Below are positions 19,234 to 27,643 of a stretch of 64,000 bases of DNA, in pieces. The first letter of the stretch is position 1, and each line of letters starts with the position of its first letter. Under the pieces are notes generated by a model. It saw only the letters and a program-made list of their open reading frames with translations. It was not told the DNA's origin and made no database searches. Origin of the DNA: Candidatus Sulfomarinibacteraceae bacterium (GTDB lineage Bacteria; Acidobacteriota; Thermoanaerobaculia; Thermoanaerobaculales; Sulfomarinibacteraceae); NCBI GenBank assembly GCA_963796455.1, contig CAWCLO010000001.1:1088001-1152000 (forward strand). Reading direction: 5' to 3'. The position numbers were made by a program, and so were the translations under genes.

Positions 19234-19878
19234 TCAAGCCAATTCGGCACGGCAGTGGGGGCACACGAGAGCACCGCTGCGAATTGCTCCTCCACAGTGT
19301 TCGCAGACCGCGCGCGGTCGATCCGCTGCCCGGATGACAACCGCCGACACTGCAACCAGGCCACCGAGGGCCAGGATCGACAACGGTGGCGCCACCAGCG
19401 CGGTGCCGGACAGGGTCATGGAGGCGCCGGCCTCACCCACCGAAGCCATCTTTCCGACGGCCTCGTGGGCATCCTCCGCAAGATTACGGAACGGTCTCCG
19501 GACCTGGTTGCGCATCCAGTGGACACCAGCCGCGGTGCCGCCACCAAGAACCCCCGAAGTTCCAAGCTGAACCAGGTCGTTGTCGAGGCGCCCGGTCACC
19601 GCCGCGAAAGCGAGAAAACCAGCAACCATTTTCGGCAAATAGGCGATGACATCCGAAAAGCGACCGAGGTCCGGGTGCGCATCGACGATGATTTCGGCCA
19701 CAACCAGGACTCCGAGCACCACCATCACAATCGGGTCGGCAATCCAGGCAAAACGATCGGCGATTTCAAAATAAGGTGTGTAGCTGAACGCACCAAGGGC
19801 CAGGATCGGAATAAAGGCCTTGGCACCGGCACCAGCTGCGAGCCCGAATGCGGCCATATACGTCATCAACGATTCCAT
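19234..19878 (-). CDS. DUF4126-like membrane protein with a C-terminal zinc ribbon
   Basis: FGLAAGAG..FIP; CEHCG...CPHC. Confidence 0.65.
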   Translation of the reverse strand: MESLMTYMAAFGLAAGAGAKAFIPILALGAFSYTPYFEIADRFAWIADPIVMVVLGVLVVAEIIVDAHPDLGRFSDVIAYLPKMVAGFLAFAAVTGRLDNDLVQLGTSGVLGGGTAAGVHWMRNQVRRPFRNLAEDAHEAVGKMASVGEAGASMTLSGTALVAPPLSILALGGLVAVSAVVIRAADRPRAVCEHCGGAIRSGALVCPHCRAELA

Positions 19879-19894
19879 AACAAACTCCCTTCGA

Positions 19895-20533
19895 TCATGA
19901 TGATTGCAGGCTCTCGACGATGGCCATGACCGACCAACCAAAAAAAGCCGCAACACCAATCAGTATCAACAGCAGGCCGATACTGAGGACGGCCAGCACG
20001 ATGGGGATCACCTTTTCCCACGGAGCCAGCCGACGACCCTCTCGCTCGCGCTGCAAACTGACCAGAGTCGACACGTGAACAACAGTTGTCAGCACCACGA
20101 AGGTGCCGGCACCGATCAGGGCCCCGACAAACGGGACCGTCATCGCACCATAACCCGGGATGCCCAGCCACAAAAATCCGAATCGGGCCAACCAGCGGTT
20201 GAGCAACCTGCGAACGGGTCCTAGCAATCGCTGTGCATCCCTGACCAGAAATACGCGCGTCACCACCAGATGAACGGCGACCACGAGCGGAACGACGGCC
20301 AGAGCGCCAAAATGCAACAAGGGCACGCCGAACCCAAGGACCGCCGCGATCGGGGCCCCCCACGCGAGCAAAAGGCGATAGCGCGCACATTGAGCGGCCT
20401 CTACCCTGTCGCAACGCACCCGAAAGGCCTCCGGTTCTCCATCATCCCCGATCGCCCGCCCACAAAGCGGACAATCGGCCGCATCAGAAAGCAGCGGCAG
20501 GGGTTCCAGACACCAGGGACAGGAGCGCTTCAT
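19895..20533 (-). CDS. Membrane protein with an N-terminal zinc finger
   Basis: CPWC...CPLC followed by several TM segments; TATACT 6 nt upstream of ATG 20533. Confidence 0.7.
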   Translation of the reverse strand: MKRSCPWCLEPLPLLSDAADCPLCGRAIGDDGEPEAFRVRCDRVEAAQCARYRLLLAWGAPIAAVLGFGVPLLHFGALAVVPLVVAVHLVVTRVFLVRDAQRLLGPVRRLLNRWLARFGFLWLGIPGYGAMTVPFVGALIGAGTFVVLTTVVHVSTLVSLQREREGRRLAPWEKVIPIVLAVLSIGLLLILIGVAAFFGWSVMAIVESLQSS

Positions 20534-20684
20534 TGCCAAAGTATACGTAGGTCGGGCACTTCAATTCCGTTCAGGACTGGTGCACGGGACAAGACTCAGG
20601 ATTACTGCCGCCCAAAACACCAGCGATCAGGGGCGGTGTTCAGCGACGGCGACAGTGTCCAGCGGCAGCGACAGGGAACAGCGC

Positions 20685-21038
20685 TCAATTCTTCGGATTC
20701 AATAGCCGCCAGGTCATGGCACGGACCTGATCGAAGGCCCTCATCGCTTCACTGGCTCCATTCCAACTAACCGCCCCGGCGTGGGCGAGGAGCTGCAAGT
20801 GGCTGTCGACCTCTTTTGCCGAGGCGTACGCGATTCTCCAGTGGTTCAACCGGTCTCTACCAAAACGGCCGTGGCCTTCCGCAATATTCGCTGGGACCGA
20901 ACTTGCCGACCGAATCACCTGATCTGCTATGGACTTCAGCGGAGCTGGAACCCTCATCACGAGTTTGATCGCGATGCCTGCTGCTTCGAGGGCTTTCGAG
21001 TGGGCAACGAGGTTGGTGTTTGTGGCGGCGTTGGACAT
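20685..21038 (-). CDS. Four-helix-bundle protein (IVP-like), 117 aa
   Basis: 14 differences in 117 aa from the 15274 protein by my alignment. Confidence 0.9.
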   Translation of the reverse strand: MSNAATNTNLVAHSKALEAAGIAIKLVMRVPAPLKSIADQVIRSASSVPANIAEGHGRFGRDRLNHWRIAYASAKEVDSHLQLLAHAGAVSWNGASEAMRAFDQVRAMTWRLLNPKN

Positions 21039-21177
21039 GGTCACCTTCGGGTCGTTCATGCCCATGCCCACAAGCCGGTGTGGTGGCCGATGTCAAGGAT
21101 GCCCCGCACCCTGCCTGTCCTTGATATCGGCCGCCCACCGGCTACTCCTTTCTGTTGAACGACCCGGAGGTGGCCAC
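21037..21177. ncRNA. Conserved nested stem-loop, second full copy
   Basis: Same length as and near-identical to 15135-15275, in the opposite orientation. Confidence 0.6.
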
Positions 21178-21429
21178 GTCGTCGTTGCACCTGATCGCTG
21201 ACCCTGAACACTGATTGCTGCCCCCTGTCCCTGTTAGCTGTTGCCTGTCGCTGACGCTGGACACTGTCGCTGCCGCCGCAATTCGGGATCGGGCTCGGGC
21301 AACCGCGAACCGGATACGCCGACATCCAACCTGGAAACCACGTGTTGTCAGGTGGGTAACTTCACGTGGCGAGCAGTATTGGACAGCAGTGATGCAGGAT
21401 GCAGCGAGATCGGAATCTCGTCCTCGAAC

Positions 21430-22554
21430 TCAGCCCTTTGCAGCCTCGAGGATCTGGGCGGCACCTCTTTCGATTTCTTCGTCGGTGGTAAATCGTCCGA
21501 CCGAGAGCCGGATCGTCGAACGTGCCGTCGCCTCATCAACGCCCATCGCTTCAAGGACGTGGGACACCGAGACCCCCTCGGCGTGGCAGGCTGCACCGGC
21601 TGACGCCGCGACCTGCTCGCTGAGCCGGTCGAGCAGCGCCGAGGAATCGACGCCCTCAAGGGCGACACTCAGGGTGTTCGGGAGCCTGTTCGCGGTGTCC
21701 CCGTGCACCACCAGCTCACGGTGTCCAGCGGCGAGCAGTTGCAACAGCCGATATCTGAGTTCAGACAGACGATCGTTCTCCGCGGCGGTTTCGGCCGCGA
21801 CGATTTCGCAGGCGACTCCCAAACCGACACCAAGGAGCACGTTCTCGGTCCCTGCGCGCAGCCCACGCTCGTGCCCTGCGCCCCGGATCAGGGGCTCGAC
21901 CTCGAGGCCCTTTCGAATAAAGAGAACACCGACACCTTTGGGAGCATAGAGTTTGTGTCCGGCCACCGATAGGAGATCGACGCCGAGCTCCGGCACCTTG
22001 ACCGGTATCTTGCCCACCGCCTGCGCCGCATCGGTGTGGACGACCACACCGCGCTGCCGGCAGAGCTTCGTGATCTCGGCAATCGGTTGCACGGTTCCGA
22101 CCTCGTTGTTGGCGAGCATTACGGTGACCAGGATCGTTTCGGGGCGGAGAGCGGCCTCGACCGCTGCCGGGTCGACCCTGCCGGCCGAATCAACACCGAC
22201 GGTGGTGAGATCGATCTGCCCCTCGCGCTCCAGACTCTTGACCACCTCGAGCACCGCCGGGTGTTCGATCGTCGACGTGACGACGTGGCCGCCCCCACGG
22301 GAGGCGACAAGACCACGAATGGCAAAATTGTTCGACTCCGTGCCGCCGGAGGTCAGTACGATTTCCTCCGCCGCGCATCCGAGACACCCGGCAACCTGCC
22401 TCCTGGCACCCTCGACGGCATCGCGAGCCTCGCGACCGAGACGGTGGGTCGACGAGGGGTTGCCATAACCACCGCTCAAAAAAGGCATCATCGCTTCGGC
22501 CACCCGGGGATCGATCGGCGTGGTGGCGTTGTAATCGAGATAGATGAAATTCAT
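21430..22554 (-). CDS. Cysteine desulfurase (IscS/NifS-like)
   Basis: YLDYNATTP, SGGTES, HTDAAQAVGK, GHKLYAPKG and SAGAACH. Confidence 0.92.
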   Translation of the reverse strand: MNFIYLDYNATTPIDPRVAEAMMPFLSGGYGNPSSTHRLGREARDAVEGARRQVAGCLGCAAEEIVLTSGGTESNNFAIRGLVASRGGGHVVTSTIEHPAVLEVVKSLEREGQIDLTTVGVDSAGRVDPAAVEAALRPETILVTVMLANNEVGTVQPIAEITKLCRQRGVVVHTDAAQAVGKIPVKVPELGVDLLSVAGHKLYAPKGVGVLFIRKGLEVEPLIRGAGHERGLRAGTENVLLGVGLGVACEIVAAETAAENDRLSELRYRLLQLLAAGHRELVVHGDTANRLPNTLSVALEGVDSSALLDRLSEQVAASAGAACHAEGVSVSHVLEAMGVDEATARSTIRLSVGRFTTDEEIERGAAQILEAAKG

Positions 22555-22698
22555 GGCGGAAGTGTACCTTGACGCCGAACGGGCGCCGCGAACAACTCCG
22601 CGCTTCAGGCCGTTGCGGATACCCGCCAAGCCCGCTACTATGACCCGGCGGCTAGCGATCCGCACACACCACCCAATCAACGCCCCTGGAGGTTCTCA

Positions 22699-24330
22699 AT
22701 GGCCAATGGAATCGTCTCCGTTCCGCCGCCGATCAACGACCCGATCAAATCCTACGCCCCCGGCTCGCCCGAAAAGGCTCCGTTGAAGGCCGAGATCAAA
22801 AGGATGCTCAGCGAAGAAATCGAGATCCCTCTGATCATTGGCGGTCAGGAGGTTCGCACGGGGAACACCGCCAAGGCAGTCTGTCCTCACGACCACAAAC
22901 ACGTGCTCGGCACCTATCACAAGGCCGGCGAGGCCGAGGTCAATATGGCAATCGAAGCGGCCGCGGCGGCCTGGAAAGAGTGGTCGGAGACGCCCTGGGA
23001 GCACCGCGCCGCTGTGATGCTCAAGGCGGCCGAACTGCTGCAGGGCCCGTGGCGCGACCGCCTCAACGCCGCCTGCATGCTCAACCAATCGAAGAGCGTC
23101 TTTCAGGCCGAGATCGACGCCGCCTGCGAGTTGGTGGATTTCTGGCGCTTCAATCCCTACTACATGCGTTTTCTATACGAGCAGCAGCCTGAGTCTGCCC
23201 TCGGACACTGGGACCAGGTCGAGTATCGGGCCCTCGAGGGATTTGTTTTTGCGGTCACCCCCTTCAATTTCGCATCGATCGCGGGCAACCTCCCGACCGC
23301 TCCCGCGTTGATGGGCAACACTGTCTTGTGGAAACCGGCCTCATCGACAGTATTCACCGGATGGCATCTCATGAAACTGATGGAGGCCGCCGGGTTCCCG
23401 CCGGGTGTGATCAACTTCATCCCCGGATCCGGTGGCCAGGTGGGCAACCCCGTCATGGCCAGCCCGCACCTGGCAGGCATCCACTTCACCGGCTCGACAC
23501 CGGTTTTCCAAGGCATGTGGAAATCGATCGGCGACAACATCGCCAACTATCGGACCTACCCCCGGATCGTCGGCGAAACGGGTGGCAAGGACTTCATTTT
23601 CGCTCATCCCTCGGCCGATCAGGAGGCGCTCGCCACGGCCATGGTACGGGGCGCATTCGAATACCAGGGCCAGAAATGCTCGGCCGCCTCGAGATCCTAT
23701 GTCCCACGCTCCATCTGGCCGAAGGTCCGGGACTACGCCCTGTCACAGATTTCGGAGATCAAGATGGGACCACCCACCGATTTCCGGAATTTCTTCAATG
23801 CGGTGATCGATGCCGGTGCTTTCTCCGATATCACGGCCTATATCCAGCACGCCATCGATTCGCCGGAAGCCAAGATACTGTGCGGAGGTACCTGGGACGA
23901 TTCCGAGGGTTTCTACATCCAGCCAACCGTCGTCGAAACCACGAATCCCCGCTTCAAGCTCATGGAAGAGGAGATTTTCGGCCCCGTCATGACGGTCTAT
24001 GTCTATGACGATAAGGACCTGGACGAAACACTCGAGCTTTGCGACTCCACCTCCCCTTACGCTCTCACCGGTGCGATCTTCGCCCACGACCGATCCACCA
24101 TCGTCAAGATGGCAAACCGGCTGCGCCACGCCGCCGGCAATTTCTATATCAACGACAAACCCACCGGTGCCGTAGTCGGTCAACAACCCTTTGGTGGTTC
24201 CAGGGCCTCCGGCACCAACGACAAGGCGGGGTCCTACCTCAATCTCATCCGTTGGACGTCGCAACGAACCATCAAGGAGAACTTCATCCCGCCCACCCAC
24301 TTTGCCTACCCCTTCATGGGAGAAGAGTAA
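22699..24330 (+). CDS. pruA: L-glutamate gamma-semialdehyde (P5C) dehydrogenase
   Basis: AEIDAACELVDFWRFN, GETGGKDF, FEYQGQKCSA and GTNDKAGS. Confidence 0.95.
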   Translation: MANGIVSVPPPINDPIKSYAPGSPEKAPLKAEIKRMLSEEIEIPLIIGGQEVRTGNTAKAVCPHDHKHVLGTYHKAGEAEVNMAIEAAAAAWKEWSETPWEHRAAVMLKAAELLQGPWRDRLNAACMLNQSKSVFQAEIDAACELVDFWRFNPYYMRFLYEQQPESALGHWDQVEYRALEGFVFAVTPFNFASIAGNLPTAPALMGNTVLWKPASSTVFTGWHLMKLMEAAGFPPGVINFIPGSGGQVGNPVMASPHLAGIHFTGSTPVFQGMWKSIGDNIANYRTYPRIVGETGGKDFIFAHPSADQEALATAMVRGAFEYQGQKCSAASRSYVPRSIWPKVRDYALSQISEIKMGPPTDFRNFFNAVIDAGAFSDITAYIQHAIDSPEAKILCGGTWDDSEGFYIQPTVVETTNPRFKLMEEEIFGPVMTVYVYDDKDLDETLELCDSTSPYALTGAIFAHDRSTIVKMANRLRHAAGNFYINDKPTGAVVGQQPFGGSRASGTNDKAGSYLNLIRWTSQRTIKENFIPPTHFAYPFMGEE

Positions 24331-24364
24331 ACCACTTCGAATCAATAGATTCCATACTTCACCA

Positions 24365-24390
24365 CCCCCGCTTCATGCGGGGGTTTTTTT
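24365..24390 (+). terminator. Rho-independent terminator of pruA
   Basis: CCCCCGC-TTCAT-GCGGGGG-TTTTTTT. Confidence 0.9.
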
Positions 24391-24431
24391 CCGTCCAACA
24401 CCTCTCCAAACACCAGTGCCCGTCGCAGCAG

Positions 24432-24470
24432 CGTGATAAAAATGTGAGAAATCCGTGACGTGTCCGTGAG
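24432..24470 (+). promoter_or_regulatory. Putative OmpR-family operator (four GTGA boxes at 11-bp period)
   Basis: GTGA at 24433, 24444, 24455 and 24466, upstream of the spondin gene and the adjacent two-component system. Confidence 0.6.
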
Positions 24471-24535
24471 CTTTGCGCCTCATCTTGAATACAGACATCG
24501 GTTCACACCGAAAATTTGTCGAGAGGAGAGAAAGC

Positions 24536-25189
24536 ATGAAACGGACATTTGTGATCGGACTTCTGGTGGTTGTGGCTGCGACGGTTTCGGTACCGGCGAT
24601 GGCCCAGGAAATGGTGGAAACGGTGACGGTGAGGATCACCAACGTGAGCAAACAGATCATCAGCCCGCCGGTGGTGGCAAGCCACTCGTGGAAGGCGCGG
24701 ATCTTCATCCCCGGGCTCGTCGCCTCGACCGAGCTCTCGATGTTGGCCGAGGACGGTGATCCCTCGGCTCTCGCCGACTTGTTGGCCGCGAACGAAGACG
24801 TCATGGATTTTGCCGTAGCGGACGGCCCCCTGCTGCCGGGAGAGACCCTGGTCGTCGAACTCGCGAGTCAGGGCCCCTTCGATCGAATCAGTGCGGTCGG
24901 AATGCTGGTGACCACCAATGACGCCTTCTTCGGCCTCGACAATTTTGTGGTCGTGAGGGACAACCAGAACCAACGTGTTTCGGCTCCCGCGTGGGATGCA
25001 GGCACCGAGTTCAACAGCGAACTCTGTGGATTCATCCCGGGCCCGCCCTGCGGCAGCCCCTTCGTCCGCGATACGACCGATGCCGAGGGTTTCATTCATA
25101 CCCACCCCGGGCTCCATGGAGACGGCGATCTTTCGCCCGCCAACTGGGATTGGCGGAATCCCGTGGTCGACATTCTGGTGATCAAGTAG
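24536..25189 (+). CDS. Secreted spondin-domain protein
   Basis: Signal peptide; SPPVVASH, LAEDGD, MLVTTNDAF and WDAGTE. Confidence 0.85.
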   Translation: MKRTFVIGLLVVVAATVSVPAMAQEMVETVTVRITNVSKQIISPPVVASHSWKARIFIPGLVASTELSMLAEDGDPSALADLLAANEDVMDFAVADGPLLPGETLVVELASQGPFDRISAVGMLVTTNDAFFGLDNFVVVRDNQNQRVSAPAWDAGTEFNSELCGFIPGPPCGSPFVRDTTDAEGFIHTHPGLHGDGDLSPANWDWRNPVVDILVIK

Positions 25190-25314
25190 TAACCATTTTC
25201 GGTTGACGGTGCAACAATTGATGGTACGAGCCGTCTGGCGCACAAATCACCGAATCGCCTCGAGAGGAGGAGATCTTGTGCCCGGACGGCGACCGGCCGC
25301 CGCGGAGGGGGGAC

Positions 25315-26025
25315 ATGGACAAAGAAATACTGGTGATCGAAGACGAGCCGCAGCTCGCACGGCTGGTGGAGATGCACCTTCGCGACGCGGGCTGCACGGT
25401 CGAGATCGCGCCGACTGGCGGAGAGGGGCTCACCAAAGCGGCAAAACGCCCCTTCGATCTTCTGGTCCTCGATCTCATGCTCCCCGACATGGACGGCCTC
25501 GATGTGTGCCGCGAATTGCGCGGTCGGAAGAACTACACACCGATCCTCATTCTCACTGCGCGATCGGGTGAGGTGGATCGGGTCCTCGGTCTCGAGATGG
25601 GTGCGGATGATTATCTGACCAAACCCTTCAGCGTTCGCGAATTGGTGGCCAGGGTCAAGGCGATTCTTCGCCGAATCGATCGTATGGCTGAAGAAAAGGT
25701 CGAGTCTCTCCCGTTGGAATACGAAAAGCTCACAATCGATCGCGAAAAGCGGCGGGTGTCGATTGCCGGCGACGATATCAACTTGACCGCCAAAGAATAT
25801 GATCTCTTGCTGCAGTTCGCCCACAACCCCGGGCGCGTCTACACCCGAAGCCAGCTGCTCGATCTGGTCTGGGGCTACGGTGAAGGCACCTACGAACACA
25901 CTGTCAATTCGCACATCAACCGCTTGCGCGCCAAAATCGAAGACGACCCCTCCAACCCTCAGTTCATTCGCACCGTGTGGGGCGTCGGCTACCGATTCTT
26001 CGACCCCGCGGTCGCCGGCGGTTGA
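25315..26025 (+). CDS. OmpR-family response regulator
   Basis: LDLMLP, GADDYLTKPF, VNSHINRLRAK and TVWGVGY. Confidence 0.95.
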   Translation: MDKEILVIEDEPQLARLVEMHLRDAGCTVEIAPTGGEGLTKAAKRPFDLLVLDLMLPDMDGLDVCRELRGRKNYTPILILTARSGEVDRVLGLEMGADDYLTKPFSVRELVARVKAILRRIDRMAEEKVESLPLEYEKLTIDREKRRVSIAGDDINLTAKEYDLLLQFAHNPGRVYTRSQLLDLVWGYGEGTYEHTVNSHINRLRAKIEDDPSNPQFIRTVWGVGYRFFDPAVAGG

Positions 26026-26083
26026 ATACTTCGAACGGGCCGGGCGGCGAATCTCGGCGTGCGCCGATCAAACGGAGATCACG

Positions 26084-27592
26084 ATGAATAGCCTCTATTC
26101 CAAACTTTCCGCCGCACTTTTCGGTCTGTTCCTGGTCGTCGGTGGCGTCACGCTCGCGGTGACCCTGGTGACCAGCTATTTCTATCAGCAAGAGGTGCAG
26201 CAACGCATTCACCGCGACCTCGCCGCCCACATCGTGCAGGAGGAGTTGCTCATCGAAAACGGTGAAATCGCCGAGGAGGCGCTGGAACACGTTTTTCACA
26301 TGATGATGGTGATCAACCCCACCATCGAGCTCTACCTGCTCGATCCGACCGGCCATATCCTGGCCTATTCGGCGCCTCCCGGAAAGGTGAAGCTCGCCCG
26401 GGTGAGCCTCGATCCGGTGGCAGACTATGTCGGCGGAGAACCCCGGCTGCCGATCAGGGGCGATGACCCGCGCCATCCCGACAGCCAGAATATCTTTTCC
26501 GCGGCCCCGATCCTCCGCGACGGCAATCTCGAAGGCTACCTCTACATCGTCCTGGCGAGCGAGCATTTCGTGTCGGTGGCGGAGATTCTCCGCGGCAGCT
26601 ACATCCTCCGCGCCGGCGCCGTGGCGGTGGTCGGAATCACGATCCTCGCATTGATCGGCGCCGTCTTGTTGTCCCGTCGACTGACCTCGAGGCTGACCCG
26701 ACTCACCCGCGACATGGCGGACTTTCGCTTTGGATCTCTGGAGACTGACCCGGGAAGCCCCGGGGCCGGCAGATTACCGCCAAACAATGACGAGGTCGAT
26801 GAACTGAGGGTGACATTCGACCAGATGTCGGCTCGAATCGAGGATCAGATCGTCAAGTTGGAGAGTCAAGATCGGTTGCGCCGCGAAATGGTCGCCAATG
26901 TTTCACACGATCTGAGAACCCCTTTGACCCACCTCCACGGCTATCTCGAAACCTTGATGCTCAAGGAGGATTCCCTCGCGCCCGACCAGCGTCGAGAGTA
27001 CCTCGATATCGCTCTCCAGCATGCCAAACGCCTCGGTCGCCTGGTCACAGACCTCTTCGAATTGGCCAAACTCGACGCCCTCTCAGAACCGATGGATCGC
27101 GAACGCATGCCCATCGGGGAGCTGGTCCAGGACATCGCCCAGAAATACCGTCTCCCCGCGGAGGACCGCGGCGTCTCGCTCCAGGCCGAGTTGGCAAACG
27201 AACTGCTCTGGATATCTGCAGATGTGGGCTTGATCGAACGAGCCCTCGAGAACGTCCTCGACAATGCCCTTCGTTACACCCCGGAAGGGGGAAAGATCGA
27301 TATCAGATTGGAACCCCTCGGCGAATGGCTTCGGATCGAGGTTCGCGACACCGGTCCGGGGATCGCAGCAACCGATCTGCCTCTGGTATTCGACAGATTC
27401 CACCGGGTGCAACGATCGGAGGACGAGAGTGGAGATCGGGGCGCCGGTCTGGGTCTGGCCATCGCCAAGCGAGCCGTCGAGCTGCACGGAGGAAATATCC
27501 ATTGCCAGAGCACGGTCGGTGAGGGCACCACCTTTCGCTTCGATTTGCCGACCGAAAACCCCCTCGGGAGCTTACAAACCGCTCCGGCCTGA
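26084..27592 (+). CDS. Sensor histidine kinase (HAMP-HisKA-HATPase)
   Basis: Two TM segments; SHDLRTPL, NALRY, DTGPG and GLGLAI. Confidence 0.95.
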   Translation: MNSLYSKLSAALFGLFLVVGGVTLAVTLVTSYFYQQEVQQRIHRDLAAHIVQEELLIENGEIAEEALEHVFHMMMVINPTIELYLLDPTGHILAYSAPPGKVKLARVSLDPVADYVGGEPRLPIRGDDPRHPDSQNIFSAAPILRDGNLEGYLYIVLASEHFVSVAEILRGSYILRAGAVAVVGITILALIGAVLLSRRLTSRLTRLTRDMADFRFGSLETDPGSPGAGRLPPNNDEVDELRVTFDQMSARIEDQIVKLESQDRLRREMVANVSHDLRTPLTHLHGYLETLMLKEDSLAPDQRREYLDIALQHAKRLGRLVTDLFELAKLDALSEPMDRERMPIGELVQDIAQKYRLPAEDRGVSLQAELANELLWISADVGLIERALENVLDNALRYTPEGGKIDIRLEPLGEWLRIEVRDTGPGIAATDLPLVFDRFHRVQRSEDESGDRGAGLGLAIAKRAVELHGGNIHCQSTVGEGTTFRFDLPTENPLGSLQTAPA

Positions 27593-27643
27593 CCAAGAGC
27601 CTCAGCGCCCTGCGTTACGACGACGGCGAAGGGTTGTGCTCAG

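Larger units (their letters stand above)
20575..21283 (-). mobile_element. Four-helix-bundle element, intact (copy D); right boundary approximate
   Basis: Minus strand begins AATTGCGGCGGCAGCGACAGTGTCCAGCG; same leader, ORF and CGCTG arrays as copy C. Confidence 0.75.

Noticed and set aside
15274..21038. Diversity-generating retroelement (Avd-like genes, near-identical repeats)
   Set aside because: No reverse transcriptase or TR/VR pair in the window; differences between copies are not adenine-specific.
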